Assembly: GCA_977020255.1 (NCBI GenBank)
Contig: CDROCS010001334.1
Location: 248,001-312,000 of the forward strand
Length of the DNA: 64,000 nucleotides
Direction: 5' to 3'
Origin: Obrimoposthia wandeli
Taxonomy: Eukaryota
Each line of letters opens with the position of its first letter. Position 1 is the stretch's first letter. Shown piece after piece: positions 34,893-49,346 of this stretch. The translations under genes were made by a program, and so were the position numbers. The notes beneath the pieces were generated by a model. That model searched no databases, was not told the origin of the DNA, and was given only the letters and a program-made list of their open reading frames with translations.

Positions 34893-37800
34893 TTATTGTC
34901 AAAAGAAATTGATTGTTATTGCCAAAAGAAATTGTTGGTTTTTACCAAAATTGTTGTCTTGATACTATCTTCTTTATATCATTCACAAATATATTATTGA
35001 ATTTATTTTGTCAAAATGTACCTTTCAATATTACCTATAACATATATACAACTACACATATGGTTAGTTACATGTATTAATGTTACAGTCATTATTGTTA
35101 CATGTTTTAAAAGATTTATGTTTTCTAAAAGTTTGTTTCGTAACATAAATATAAAAGTTTATGTATTTTCGTTTACAATAAACGGAGAAATGAATACAAA
35201 CATTAAAACCTACTCAGTAGAGCTGCTCCAGATGAGAAATAATTTTTAATAATATTGAGCAGCACATTTACATCAGCTAAAAAATACATTTGAGATAATA
35301 TTTATAAAGTATATATTGAATACAGTAATATTTCTATAACGAAGCGACCAGTAAGTTACATCAAAGTCCCATTAATGCGAATATTTGTTAAGCAAGTGTT
35401 ATTAAGAAAGAAATATGTATTCAACAAAAAACTATTTTAATGTGGTTAGAAAAGACAATTTTCAATATTTAACCTTTACTCCTATTTAGATTTCCAATCG
35501 TAAAAGGAAGTGTTTGTGATTCATGACTGGGGTGAACGGTAAGACAAGACACTTTTTCCACTTCGATCATGAAATTATGTAAGAAACGTTACTCATTTTA
35601 AATATAATTAAATATAATAAAAAGATAATTATCAATCATTTGTATTTTCATATTTATTTATCTAATTAGGTATACGTTTAGATTCGCACCAAATATTTCA
35701 GAGCTACATATAGAATTGTGAACGTTAATTGGATGCATTGCACAGACCTAAATGCATATAAACATGTTAATGTAATAAAGTAAGGATTGGGTAGCTCTGA
35801 ATCATAAATAAATGTTTAGAAAATATTTTAGTCATTTTCAAAACCTGACACAAAATTGTTATATAGCTCTCTAGTCGTTAAGATTAATTAGAGGCGCTTG
35901 AAAAAAAGAAACTCATTATTTTCAAATTTCGTAGAATTTCCTAAACATACTCATCTTCTTTTGTAAATATAATTGTTTATTTATTTTATGATATCGATAC
36001 TTTATTAATTAGTAAAAACCTTGAATAGATGGTTAAGTTCTGTTTGAATGTATCAATGTTTCTGGAGTTTCTAATGCTCAAAGTGTATATTTATTTATGA
36101 TTTATCAGTTTAGGCTAAACAACAACAAAAATTGAGTAAAGATTAATTTTTAAGTTAGAAATATTTTTTTGACTATTTTAAATTTCTTAAGTCGAAAATT
36201 CGAATAAGTTGGTTATATTTGGGGTTTTCGGACAAGAATAAGGTTATTCTGAAATGTAATGGTGTTTTGTGTGTGTCGAACACACATTAAACAGACTCCT
36301 TGAACCAACAGGTCCTTTTATACTGGAATTGGCATGGTTAGGAAAAATCCCTATCTAAGAAAGTGCTTTGTAATTATTTAAAGAATAAAAGAGGTTATGA
36401 CTTAAAATATAAACATAAACATAAATTAAGCCAAAAGATCGACATAACGATGTAAGATGCAACTATTTCTTACAAAAGTGCTTTGAAGTTGATGGAAAGA
36501 TAAAATTTGAAATAACTGTGGGTAGCATTATACAGATACAGGTCAATGAAGCGTTTTAATTTTATCGCAATAAAAAAATTAATTAAGATTCATTTTTAAA
36601 TCAGAAATCATATTTTGATTAGTTTAAATTTTCTAAATGAAAAATCGATTAAGTTGTGTTATGTGTGGTTTTTGGATAAGAATCGGTCCAGTTTAACAAG
36701 TGGTAGTTCATCGTCTATTATGTCTTCTCTGCCTTCAGGTCAGCAAGAAATGGAACAGTCAGACCTCGACGCAGCACCAGAATTCAAATAACCATACCAA
36801 GGTTGAGATGTTGATTCGCTGTCTGTCTGTTTCAATACTCTATGTACTCATCAATTTTTTTTCAATACTCATCGTGTAATATATTTTCTGTTTCTTTTCT
36901 TTTTTTCAGGTAGATCCAAATTTAAGTAATCTAAATTTAACATGATTAGTAAATGATTATTTTTTATCCGAAAAGTGTTGTTTTAATAAGATTTGCGCTT
37001 TTGGGACATATATATAGAAAAACTGATTGGTAATTCGATTAATTATATGTTTACAAGTATTGTAATAGTACTTTGCAAAATTCGGGTATTCAATTTCATT
37101 TTGAAATTATCAAAAATATTAAATTACTGTTTAAATTTTACATAAGGTTTTCTGATATCATTAAATATTGGATTATTATATTCAATTTCCTTGGTAAATA
37201 ACTTTATTTTTAAATATAAATCGCAGAATGATCCACTTCATCAATAAAATATCCTTGTTTGAAAGTTGTAACTATCTTGCTTAGGTAATTCAGATCGAAT
37301 AGTTCATATGTCTGTTGAATAAAATATTAAATGAAAGGTTATTAAAAGAAACACATTAAAACATATGTGAACATGTTTGAACATGTACGTCTTTATGCAG
37401 ATTCCAAATTCTAAAAAATATACAATTTGATATTGAGACTCAAACCTGTTAGGACAATTACCTTAACGTTTCCTTACCTCAACGTGTAAAGTTTTATCTT
37501 ACTTAGGCTAACTAATTATGTAAAGTTCATTTTTTAGTATCAGATCACAATAAAAGTTTTTAAAAATAACAGTATATTTGTAGGATGTGAAACGAAAAAT
37601 ATACTATGTATATTGAAATGAATCAAGAATATATTAAAATTAATTATTTAAAATACAAATATATAAATTAAAATGTAGTTAACTTTAGCACAAAAAACGT
37701 ATAAATTGCTATGTCAAGATATTCAAGATATTCATGTTAAAATAAACTACGTTTGAAATGGCAAGATAATTGTATTTCTTGAACAAATGCTATCACCTGG

Positions 37801-38761
37801 ACACTGAAAACTTAATAAGACGGTTTTATATATATATTAATTGATTTTTATTTAAATTTTAGCTTAATTGCTTAAGTTTTAATAATTTTTCAATACTGTT
37901 AAATGAAAATTTTATAATATATACTGTGTTTCACGCTATTATGCAAGTATGCTTTTTTAACAATGCCTTATTCAATATTGGATCAGATTCGATAAAATGT
38001 TAAATAATTAATAAGGTTTAAGTAGTAAATATAAATAAATGAGATTAAAAATAAATTAATTACTCTGTTATTATTGATAATATTCAAGATTTTACGTGTT
38101 TCACGCTATTATGCAAATTATTTAATTGAACTAAAAACAATATTTTTTGACCACATATTTGAAAAATTAAGATATTCTCTTTTGTATTTCGTAAAGTAAG
38201 TTTCGTTATTAATTTTATTAAAACATATTAGTCATGGGCAAGAAAAATGATATGACCAAAGAAGAATAACCAAATATTGTAAAGTTTCTCACTGATAGTA
38301 TAAAAACGAAGGAAATTGCAAAGGTTGCATGATCATCGAACGATTTAGAGTGTGCTCAGATATATGTGAACGCCGTACAAATAGTGATAAAAATATATTT
38401 AAGACAATAGAAAGGCGTAATACCACATATCTGAAAAGACCCAAAATTATTTCAGAACGTTCAGATATATATTTCAAAAAGCTTGTATTTCAGGAATTTC
38501 AAGATCTACTCGATGGCACATTTCGCAAACTATTTTGTCTGTTAGAAAATCACCTTTAAGACCACGATTAACATCTGAACATAAGATACAAAGATTGCAG
38601 TGGGCTGTTAAATATATGAAAGTGGTTGCTAAAAAATGAAATGATAGAACTATAAACTCCTAAATATAAATGAACTTAACAATTGTCTGTCATATCAGAT
38701 ACTGTGGTAATGAAAGGGTTTAATTTTATTGGCAATATTTTCCCAAATGAAGCAGACTCAC

Positions 38762-38964
38762 CGCAATCTGTGTTTGATCTTGAGCAACGGTTCCATCTAG
38801 CACATGACCCTCTTCCATCACTGCAGTCAGAAAATCCGTGAGCTTCTGCTGATCATGCTCTTCATTGCTGCCCGATGTCTCTACCAACACATAGAAATCA
38901 TGCTCACTCTCGAGCGGACTCAAATAGTTCAGTTGCCGTCCGACATTGGCCACCGACTCCTGGT
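38762..38964 (-). CDS. D2HGDH: D2HGDH-like exon 5
   Basis: CAG acceptor, (D)QESVANV...[19 protein letters not shown]...[18 protein letters not shown] donor; phases 1 and 0. Confidence 0.9.
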
Positions 38965-40340
38965 CTGAATACGCAGTGGACACTCAATCTTCTCTGTGTC
39001 ATTTCAATTTTATCAATCATCATCCGTTCTCACATTGTTATATATTATCAGAACGTCAGAGAGGAAGAATGTCCCGTTGTTACTACATTTTTGGGCTAAG
39101 ACTTAATCAATTTAATTAAAGTTTCAAGGAACGTTCATGGGTTTTGTTTGTCAGTTTCAGAATAAAAATATTTGAAATGTTTTAATTTAAGAATGTAAAG
39201 TATGAAAAAGTGGACCTTCGTTTAATAAAACTTTGATATTTTTTCAAGTTTCAGACCATTTCAGGCTTTAATTAAATGACGTAGAAATTACGAAATATGA
39301 CTCATTTTTGTTGACAGGCCGAGCTAATTGGAGGATTGGCCAATCATCCCGTTTGAGATTGGTGTGTTGCACTTTATGGTGCGTATTGTTTGTCTGGCTA
39401 TATAATAGACATTTTGTAAATGTTTATTATAGATGTGAAGTGCGAAGTTGTCAGTTTTTTTGTGAAAAAAATTTTGATAGTACACCAGGGTTGTGAATTT
39501 GAAAATATTTTGTTAAAAATAAAAATTGCAAGACATTATATGTCCAGTTTTTATTGTCAGAAAATAAGTTGTGATTATGATGTTAAGTAAAGAAGATAAG
39601 AATTTATGCACAATGTCAAAACACATAAAATAGTTGATTAAACCGTCATTCACAAGTAATACTGTCAGTTCTTCACAGGCTAATAATCCTACATATAACA
39701 CCGATACATTAACTTTGCCATATCAACATTTTGATATTAAAAAGAAATGGTTACAGAAAGAAAGTATAACGAACAGTATTTGTCATTGGGTTGTACTCAT
39801 ATGGATAATAGTTTGTCTGCAATTTGTAACTAGTTATTTGTGTGAAACTTGCTTCTCTCATTACACTAGAATAAACAATTGGTTACATACTCTTATCTGC
39901 GACTATAGTTCAGATGTTTTAACAGAAATATACAACTAAATAAAATTGTAAAATAATAAAAAGTTGTATTATATCTACAAAAAATGCAATTATTAAACAC
40001 CTTACACAGTGAATTTCAAATGGGGTCCCCATTTTGTAAGATAGATGTATTCGTTCCTCTGCACCCTGACGACATATTTTTCCAGGTTGATCACAAGATA
40101 TCATACAAAATTATCTGGTTATTGGAGCTCTGAGATCAACAAAAGTAAGTGGATGAGTCTTGTACACAAACTCTTTGAGGTATCATAATAGTTGTAAACT
40201 ATTTTCATACATGAATGCCATTCAAAATTTTCACTTTGTCGAATATCTCGAAAGCTACAAAATATATAGAAATAATTCACATTCTGCATCTTCTACAAAA
40301 TAAACAAAGCACAACTTACTCAAGTTTACATACTCTAGAG

Positions 40341-40647
40341 CAGGGGTTCCCAAAGTGGGTTCCGTATACAAAATCAGGGGTTCCGCAAGCCGAAATTTAA
40401 TTGAAAATAAATTTACAAAAATTGGCATTAACGTTACTCGCCTCTAGATACCATAGGCCCACTAACTACTTAATAAATACTTCATTAGTTTAACTTACAT
40501 TTTTATCTTCTCATTTTTCAATTTAAAAAAGATTTATTTTTATTCTTCACTTTATGGTTTTAAGTATTTTTTTAATAGGTAGGGGTTCCCATATTTTTTA
40601 TATAATACCAAAGGGTCCCACAGTCAAAAAGGTTGCGGCACCCCCTG
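40341..40647. mobile_element. hAT-type MITE
   Basis: CAGGGGTTCCCAA...CCCCCTG ends; flanks CTCTAGAG and CTCTAAGG resemble an 8-bp TSD. Confidence 0.65.
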
Positions 40648-40740
40648 CTCTAAGGAGCCTTTTTTGGAAATATAAACACTTAAAATCCATATATTAAATT
40701 TATACCTCAAAAATGTTTTGTAATCATATAAAATACTCAC

Positions 40741-40827
40741 CCATTAATTCAAAAGCTGACAGAATTTCACCCAATTTGGATTTGGCGATTTTGTATGTTT
40801 CTAAGACTTTTTCGAAAGACTTTAATC
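40741..40827 (-). CDS. D2HGDH: D2HGDH-like exon 4 (not in the ORF track)
   Basis: CAG acceptor, LKSFEKVLETYKIAKSKLGEILSAFELM, GTGAGT donor; 87 nt, phase 1/1. Confidence 0.9.
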
Positions 40828-41796
40828 CTGAAAAAATACAATTATATTCAATATATATATTAACAGTCATAACTAAAGCTTTACAACTTCAAATTAATAA
40901 CTTAGTTTTTTATAGAACCAAAATCCACAGTATATAAAGAGTACATGTATATATTACAATGTTCAAATTATGTTCCATCGGCAATAAAGCATTATACAAT
41001 GCGATTTCTCAAAGAATTACACAAATTACAGCATATTTGATTAGATATCATATTAAAAGAACTTGTAATTTCGTAGTTTAAGTACACTACCAGTAGAATT
41101 AAATTTGTTAAAGATTGCATTTATTGTTGGTTAGCTTGACAGAGAAGTTTTAATTTCTTTCCTTCAAAACTCTTTGGATCATAACTGGTGAATTAAATTT
41201 TTATTTGTATTCTTGAACTTTAATTTTCTGTTGTATTGTTCAATGTTCAACACAAGAAAGCCTTGGCATTATTTGTGCCTCAATGTGGCAACAAATAATT
41301 TGGATTAAAGCCAAATATATATTCCAAAGTGATGAATACATTATTAAAATTCAAAGTTGTAAAGCCACTTATTGAACACTGAGTATACAAGTCAATAATG
41401 ATACAATAACGAGTGAAAATTAAGAAATAATTCAAAGTAAATTTGCTTTCTTTCGAAATTAAAGTAGTGAATTTTTTGCCCATCAACTTTATATTTAGTC
41501 ATTTGCAATTTTTGCATTGTTTTTCTATAATTTTTTTTAAATTTCTAAAACTTTATTTCTAGTTGGTCAAAACCTAAATATGACTAAAGCTTTCTCATGA
41601 ATACAAATTAATTTTTTAGTTCAAAAGAAAATCATTAATATAGGAATTTAAAGACAGTATAATCCCTTTATAATAAACCAAGGGCTGCCAATTTAATTCG
41701 TTATAACTGAAGATTTTAAAAAAATTAAAAACATTAGGAATTGAAAACAAAACTGTTTTTAATTATAATAATTGTTATATTGATCATTTCTTGGTA

Positions 41797-41994
41797 CAGT
41801 CAGACCTCTACATAACGAACACTTTTTTTTAAAGAACGGTAAACCAAAATTCCCTGGATTTTTATTGCTTTTTATTGGTTAGGAAAAAATAAATACATGT
41901 CTTATTGTAAAAGTTTATTAAATTGTTCGTTCCTTTTTTTAACGAACATGGAATTTTTTGAAAAGTTGGTGTTCGTTATGTAGAGGTCTGACTG
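41797..41994. mobile_element. pogo/Tigger-like MITE, copy 3
   Basis: Same TIR as 32372; TA on both sides. Confidence 0.9.
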
Positions 41995-43259
41995 TATAGT
42001 GCATCATCAATTATATCTAAACAGAAATAACATGCTCGTTTATCTAAATTAATCTGCTTCCATATATATATATATATATATTCGTCATTTCTCTCTTCAT
42101 TAGATATATAAGTAAAAACATAATTGCTTTCTACCCTTTCACATAATGGTTCTCGAATTCTTTTCATTTTCAATCCATAGTTTGGAATGGTATTCATATA
42201 TTTATTATTACTTCAAATAACAGACTGTTGATTTATATAGATTACTGGATTTTACAATATGCGATTGAACATTTTTCAGCTAATATTTGTATTGTTTAAA
42301 CAAAACTTTATTATAAACGGTAAAAAATAATCAAAATCTTTAAAAGTACTTCATAATAACTAATTGTTCGTTATAAACAGTTCGTTGTAAAGAATTTATT
42401 TGAGACTAAAAACTAAAATTTAAAGGAACTTTAGTTAAACGGGATTATACTATATTCGAAAAACATTTATTACAGACGGAAATTGGATGAATATGGTGAT
42501 ATGTACAACTACATTAGATTAAAAATGCGCTTGCTCCGTAATCATATTACTCATACAGACAGACATATATCTAAATACCGATAACATAGTACTTGGTGCC
42601 GATAAAAATCGCTTAAAAATAAGCCATTGCAATTTTAATCATAAACTTTTTAACATTGTAGTAACACTTCCCTTTTACAATACACAAATATTAAAATGGG
42701 GATGCAAAAGGTGGAAAGGGATTTTATTCTCTATAGTCCCATGAAAAAGAATGTATATTTTGAAAACCATTTCGAATAAGTTAAAATATGCAATATATAG
42801 ACAAAATGAATATGAACTACTTCGCCCAACGATACTGTTCGAAAATACATCAAGAGTTTGCCTTTTAATTAAATTATTTTATCCATGTCATTCTTAGACA
42901 AATGGTTATCATAAAAGTCTTGAAGAACCTTATACTTGTCAATTAACCCTTTATCTACTAGATTAAATTTTCTATGTCATTATCTATTACGTTACTACGT
43001 CTCCCTTTGAGAAAGATCTAATATTGGCGCCACCCCTATATTTAATGAAGTATCACAGGCACAATTTTAAATTGTAAAATATTTATTAATACAAAAATGA
43101 GGCAAAAAAGGTCTTAACATAATAATAACAAGGTTTTACCCTATATATTAATATTTAAAACTCTTGCGAATCGAAAATTACATTTAAGTTAAACTTCTCG
43201 CGCCTCCTTTTGTACGCACCTCACCAAAGAGGAGCGCCTCCCAGTTTGGAAATTACTGA

Positions 43260-43977
43260 TCTATGGTTTGCTGCCATATTTCTGCTAAATGTCTGATTCC
43301 ACGAAAATATTAGTCCTTGGATTTAGCCGCGAAAACTTCAGACAGCTCTTTTCTACACCATCAAGAATCATTGAAGCGACTGCATTTCAGAAAAAAATGC
43401 CATCGATCTAAACATGTGGTAATCTGAAGAAGCTAAGTCTGGGCTATAAACTATAAATGTGGTTCATTTTTTTGACATTTCGTATGGTTCAACATTACAC
43501 TTTTTCTCATTTCCGTAGCCGCCTGTGTATGATATATTTAGAAATCCCTAAATTAGAACCTAAATGTCTTGTAGACATTCTTGGATCAACTTCAACTATT
43601 TTACGGTGATCTTTATAATCGTACGACAAAGACCTTCCTAAGCTAGGCCTAACTTGAAGGTTTAAATCTCTTGACTTAAATCTCTTGTACCAATTTTGAG
43701 GTGTACGTAATGAAAGTACATGTTCTCCTTTGTATTTGCATATAAATCTTGTAGCTTCAGAAGCCTTCACACCTTGCTTGAAATAATGTCTTTAAGCTGA
43801 AAAAAAACAATGTTTGTATCACTCATTATAATAAAGCTCAAAGTATAGTATTTTAAATAAAATAATTTGCACTTTCCAATGATTTATAGTTTGAATATAT
43901 TCTAACAAACGTCTCTCAGTATATGAGATTTGAAGAATGGTCATGAAAAACGAAAATACTTATGAGACATCCTAATA
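43260..43977 (-). pseudogene. Internally deleted mariner element
   Basis: N-terminal HTH-like QNWYKRFKSRD...RP..GR and C-terminal PDLASSDYHMFRSM; TIR-like TATTAGGATGTCTCATAAGT at the right end. Confidence 0.7.
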
Positions 43978-44561
43978 TAAGCGGTTTGACGAAATAACCG
44001 ATGTTTAACATGTACAATATACTTACAAATGGCAAGGGAATGTAAATAAGGATGATTTAACCGATGACAATATTAGTGAAGTTTAATGTATAATGTTTGT
44101 ATTGTTACTCCATCATAAACCGAAATGATGTCATTTAAAAATTCGGCTTCACATATAAATTAGTAAAAGATCTAACTTTATTTTAAATTTCTGGAATACT
44201 TTCAAACCATTAACAGAAGTTGATCACCTCCTAAACCACTCAAACACATTTAAAGCTGAATAAATTGAAATTCAGTATTTGTTGAATTATATACAAAGGT
44301 AATTTTAAAACTTTACTCTCAAATAATCCGTTATATACTGTAAATCCTTAGACGCTGATTTGTAAACTACAGACTAGGTTGTTAGTTTAGATGTAACTTC
44401 TAAATAATTCATTTGTCAACAATCAATACAAAGCGACGATATCGTTGTCCTCAAGACAAAAATATGAATGAACAAGTTTATTAAGTATCATTTGCCCTCA
44501 ATTGAAAAATTCAATAAATTACAGATTGTCTTGGGAACAACGATGTTTTACTGCCACACAC

Positions 44562-44930
44562 CGAGGAAGGCGGCATTGACAGCAGTGGGTCGGACAGGAC
44601 AGTGCAGACAGATGTCGGTGACGATGCCCAGAGTTCCCTCGGCCCCGATAAAGAGCTGCTTGAGGTCGAGTCCCGTGTTGTCCTTGCGCAGCGCGGTGAG
44701 GCAGTCCAGCACGCGCCCGTCTTGCGGTAACACAGCCCGTAGACCAAGTAGCGAACCGCGCAATGAGCCGTATCGCAGTAGCCGAATGCCACCAGCATTG
44801 GTGGACACGTTGCCACCTAACTGACAACTGCCTTTGGCGCCCAGATCAAGAGGAACACAGAGACCGTGATCCTTGGCCAGGGTCTGGCTCAGCTGCTCTA
44901 GCACCACACCGGCTTGCACTACCACTGCGC
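44562..44930 (-). CDS. D2HGDH: D2HGDH-like exon 3 (FAD-binding domain)
   Basis: QAGVVLE...[33 protein letters not shown]...[25 protein letters not shown]; TAG/GT boundaries, 369 nt. Confidence 0.95.
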
Positions 44931-45453
44931 CTATTGCGCGCGTGTTCCCAATCAGTAGAGCTCATCGTTGGAAATTTTATATTCTAAAATATGCCAGTTT
45001 TACATTTTAAAATGTGCCAAATTACGTGAATTTTACTGCATTTACTTTACATAAATTTATCAAATAAAAAAAAATTAAAATGAACAATATGTTTTGCTTG
45101 CTTTGGAAGAATAAAAAAATGCACTGATTAAACGATATGCGATATGGTACAGTAAAATATTGTTTAAATTAAATCTATTTAAGAAGCATTATGAAAAGTT
45201 CTTCTGATAACTAGTTCAAGCTACAAAAAAGTGTCATCAGGTCTCCGAGATTCTGTATAACAATGTTTAATGTACCTTTGAATAATGCGTTTTCATTAGA
45301 TTCTGGTGCAATTTACATGTATGTATTTTTCTCTTATATTATAGTAATGATGGATAATATCATGCTCTACATTTATATTATATTTTATAGGATAATCTGA
45401 AATGGAAAATTATTATCTTACAGATTGTATCATAAAAAGGCGGACCAACATAC

Positions 45454-45651
45454 CAGAAAGCGCATCCACAGAAGTGATGCTGTTCATGAGGCTCATAGAG
45501 ATGATCACCTCATCGAAGACGGGTACGCTGCCTCCCACAAGGCCCGTGTTTCCTCCCTGGGGCACCACGGCTATTCTTTCCCGGTTACAGTGCGCAAGCA
45601 GCTGCGAAATTTCATCTACTGAGCGGGGCCGCAGTACTACGCGTGACTGTC
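45454..45651 (-). CDS. D2HGDH: D2HGDH-like exon 2
   Basis: VVLRP...[30 protein letters not shown]; CAG/GT boundaries, 198 nt. Confidence 0.95.
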
Positions 45652-46663
45652 CTGCATACAGATGAGTAAGCAGTAAAAGCACAATGATACCATCTATACT
45701 ACCCCTGGAAAAGTCAGTTTAACAGTATGTTGAAATTTTCTGTTGATTTTTATTATTAATTCATAACACTTCCGATATATGTCTAAATTATCCATCACTA
45801 ATTCTGAAATTTCAACCAGATAGTTCTAACATTTTGTGAATTATTAAGTAAGTTATTCAAATTTTTAAATACTATTTTTGAGTCACCTTTGCAGTTGTCG
45901 AATACATTTATATAATATTTGTATTTTTCTAATAAAGTGAATGATTTAATTTCAAGCGTTTAAATACTGAATCTTGCTTTATATGTTATTCTGAGTGTTT
46001 ATAAGAAATGATTTGTATTTTCTTGTTATTTCAGTCCTATCATCTGGGACTTTCGAAGTTATTTCTAATATGTATTTCAGTGATTTAGATTTTTAAAATT
46101 TAAATTAAAGATATAAATCAAAATTAATTAATTGTGATCTGATATTATATACTGATCCCCAACAGAAACATTCATTAGTGGAAATTAGATTCATCGGTAA
46201 TCAATAATACCATGACATGTCCCCTGATTTGTATTGGAGAATGAATATAATTCTTGAAATTGAATATATTTAAAACAGACATAAATACTATTGTACTTTT
46301 CATGGTATCGACACCCATTTGAATATTAAAAACTTGTATAATTAATACAGTATCTTTCTTTGATTAAATACATTTTATGAAATCCTAAAATTAATCAAAA
46401 GTGCTAACTGACAGCGATGGTGATCTGAATATTATAATGAGTAATAAGAGATTATTTGTAAAAAAATTGGAAGCCCTTCGCTTTTTAATTTGCGCTACAA
46501 ACGCTATCAGTGCTGTACATCAACGTCCTCATTTGCCAAAAATAGGATTGAACCAGTTACAAATTATAGCGGGAATTATATATACAATTAATCGATCTAG
46601 GCCAACCTTCACAACGCAAAATGGGTTTGGTAACTAGATCCACTGAATATATACTTTATACTA

Positions 46664-47420
46664 CATCTGACTCCACTGAACGATGATGTGAGTCAGGTGA
46701 ACAGTGATGGCCAATTCATACAGTTGAGTTGAGCTAGGTTATTGATACAGCTAACTGTATTTTGTAGCTTATTTTTCGTTCGTGATTAATTGTGATCTTT
46801 ATAATCACGTTAAGAAACGAAAACATAAATATTTTGCGAAGGGGCTTTTAAGCCTAATATGAACAGTCATTGAATACGGTATATAAAGAAAAAGTAAGAT
46901 TTTTTTTTAAAAGACCATTAATCCCTAAAATAAATTCCTAATCCATTTTTCTTCAATTAAGCGTTTCACATAATCTCGATGTAAGCCTTTTGCTCTTTCC
47001 AATTTTTTTGAATCAGATCAAACGATTTTGAAGCTGTAAAGCTTACCCTTTATATATTTCGCCACAAGTTTGGACCTTGAGAATATTTGTCAGTTTATCG
47101 GTAAATTATGTCTTCGTCAGTTTCATATGCTCTTATTAAGTGAGCTTTATCAGACAGAAGAACCCTGATTTTAAAATTAAATTTTAAAAATAAATAACTT
47201 ACATTTGAATCTTATTTTTCTTACATGGCATGGTTTCTTCAAAATTTACAGATACATTTTCTATGAAGGAATAGTATCATTTTCATTGTCAGATGATACT
47301 GTCAAAATAAAAGCTAGTAACTTACAGTTCAACGTTATTTGAGGTCCCCGGAACATAAACTTCTTGTAAAATAGTATCATGGTTCATTTTCCTTATCACA
47401 GTTAGAATGAAAATACTTTC
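46664..47420 (-). mobile_element. Diverged internally deleted copy (A) of the DD30E transposon
   Basis: Starts TA-CATCTGACTCCACTGAACG; contains patches homologous to the transposase gene; right end replaced by copy B. Confidence 0.75.
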
Positions 47421-47422
47421 TA

Positions 47423-48241
47423 CACCTGACTCAACTGAACGGTGATGTGAGTCAGGTGAACAGTGATGTAGTGACTGTATTTTTGTAGCATATTTATCAG
47501 CTACATATTTTTGTTTTCGTTTGTGATTAATTGTGATCTATATGATCACGTTATGAAACGAAAACTTAAATATTTCGATAATGATATATAATTAGTTTTC
47601 GTTTGTGATTAATTGTGATCTTTATGATCACGTTATGAAACGAAAACTTAAGTATTTTGCGAAGTGGCTTTTAAGCCTAATATGAAGAGTCATTGAATAC
47701 GGAATAAAAAGAAAAAGTAAGATTTATTATTAATTTTTTAAATACCATTTATTCCTAAATTATATTTTTTATCCATTCTTCAATTAAGCGTTTCACCTTT
47801 TGCTCTTTCCGGGTTTTTTTAAAATTTCGGTATCGATAAATTATGTCTTCGCCAGTTTCATATGCTCTTATTAAGTGAGCTTTATCAGACAGAGGAAACC
47901 TGATTTTAAAATTAAATTGAAAAAATAAATAACTTACAATTGAATTTTATTTTCCTTACATTGTATGTAAAATAGTATCACGGTTCATTTTCCTTATCAC
48001 GGTTGAAATGAAATTACTTTCTATAGTATAAGATATACATGAAATCACATACAGTACCTTGTCTGTATGTGTATGTGTGTTTCTATGTTTGTATCACCGT
48101 TGATTTTCCTTATCACGGTTCATTTTGAAGTTAGTGTGCGGATTCCTATACTAAGTATTATTTATTTTACCTAAAATTGAATTAATTTATTATAGGTAAT
48201 TCAAAACTCTGACGATTATCACCGTTGAGTTGTACTAGGTG
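47423..48241 (-). mobile_element. Non-autonomous copy (B) of the DD30E transposon
   Basis: TA-CACCTGACTCAACTGAACGGTGAT ... ACCGTTGAGTTGTACTAGGTG-TA. Confidence 0.88.
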
Positions 48242-48597
48242 TATAGTACACCTGACTCAACTGAACGGTGATATGAGTCAGGTGAATTATGATGCATGCA
48301 ATATTTGCATACACATAATCAATAAATGAGTTGAAATTCTAGTGTATTACAGTTTTTGTATACTGTATTTGTAGCTATGTATGGTTTCGTACATGATTAA
48401 TTGTGATCTTTATGATCACATTATGAAACGAAATCATATATAATCTCATAATTATATTTATTTATAATGATATAGTTTTTGTTTGTGATTAATTGTGATC
48501 TGTATGATCACGTTATGAAACAAAAACATCGCAATGGAATGGAATGGAAAGTAAAAAAGTAAATGTAAGTCTTTTATTATTTATTAATTTATTTGTA

Positions 48598-49335
48598 CAC
48601 CTAGTACAACTCAACGATGATAATCGTCAGAGTTTTGAATTACCTATAATAAATTAATTCAATTTTAGGTAAAATAAATAATACTTAGTATAGGAATCCG
48701 CACACTAACTTCAAAATGAACCGTGATAAGGAAAATCAACGGTGATACAAACATAGAAACACACATACACATACAGACAAGGTACTGTATGTGATTTCAT
48801 GTATATTTTATACTATAGAAAGTAATTTCATTTCAACCGTGATAAGAAAAATGAACAATGATACTATTTTACATACAATGTAAGGAAAATAAAATTCAAT
48901 TGTAAGTTATTTATTTTTTCAATTTAATTTTAAAATCAGGGTTCTTTTGTCTGATAAAGCTCACTTAATAAGAGCATATGAAACTGGCGAAGACATAATT
49001 TATCGATACCGAAATTTTAAAAAAAACCCGGAAAGAGCAAAAGGTGAAACGCTTAATTGAAGAATGGATAAAGAATATAATTTAGAAATAAATGGTATTT
49101 AAAAAATTAATAATAAATCTTACTTTTTCTTTTTATTCCGTATTCAATGACTTTTCATATTAGGCTTAAAAACCACTTCGCAAAATACTTAAGTTTTCCT
49201 TTCATAACGTGATCATATAGATTACAATTAATCACAAACGAAAACAAAAATATGTAGCTGATAAATATGCTACAAAAATACAGTCACTACATCACTGTTC
49301 ACCTGACTCACATCACCGTTCAGTTGAGTCAGGTG
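48598..49335 (+). mobile_element. Non-autonomous copy (D), inverted, nested in the full-length element
   Basis: Reverse complement of copy B apart from a ~90-bp duplication in B; TA duplicated at 48596-48597 and 49336-49337. Confidence 0.88.
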
Positions 49336-49346
49336 TAAATAAAACA

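Noticed and set aside
36739-36801. Possible 63-nt plus-strand exon
   Set aside because: Open frame and splice-like ends, but no motif or partner exons; unsupported.
44562-44930. Bacterial contaminant or horizontally acquired intronless gene
   Set aside because: Canonical splice sites and phase-compatible flanking exons show a spliceosomal gene.
44468-45665. Several overlapping ORFs around D2HGDH exons 2-3
   Set aside because: Antisense or alternative frames that stay open because the exons are GC-rich.
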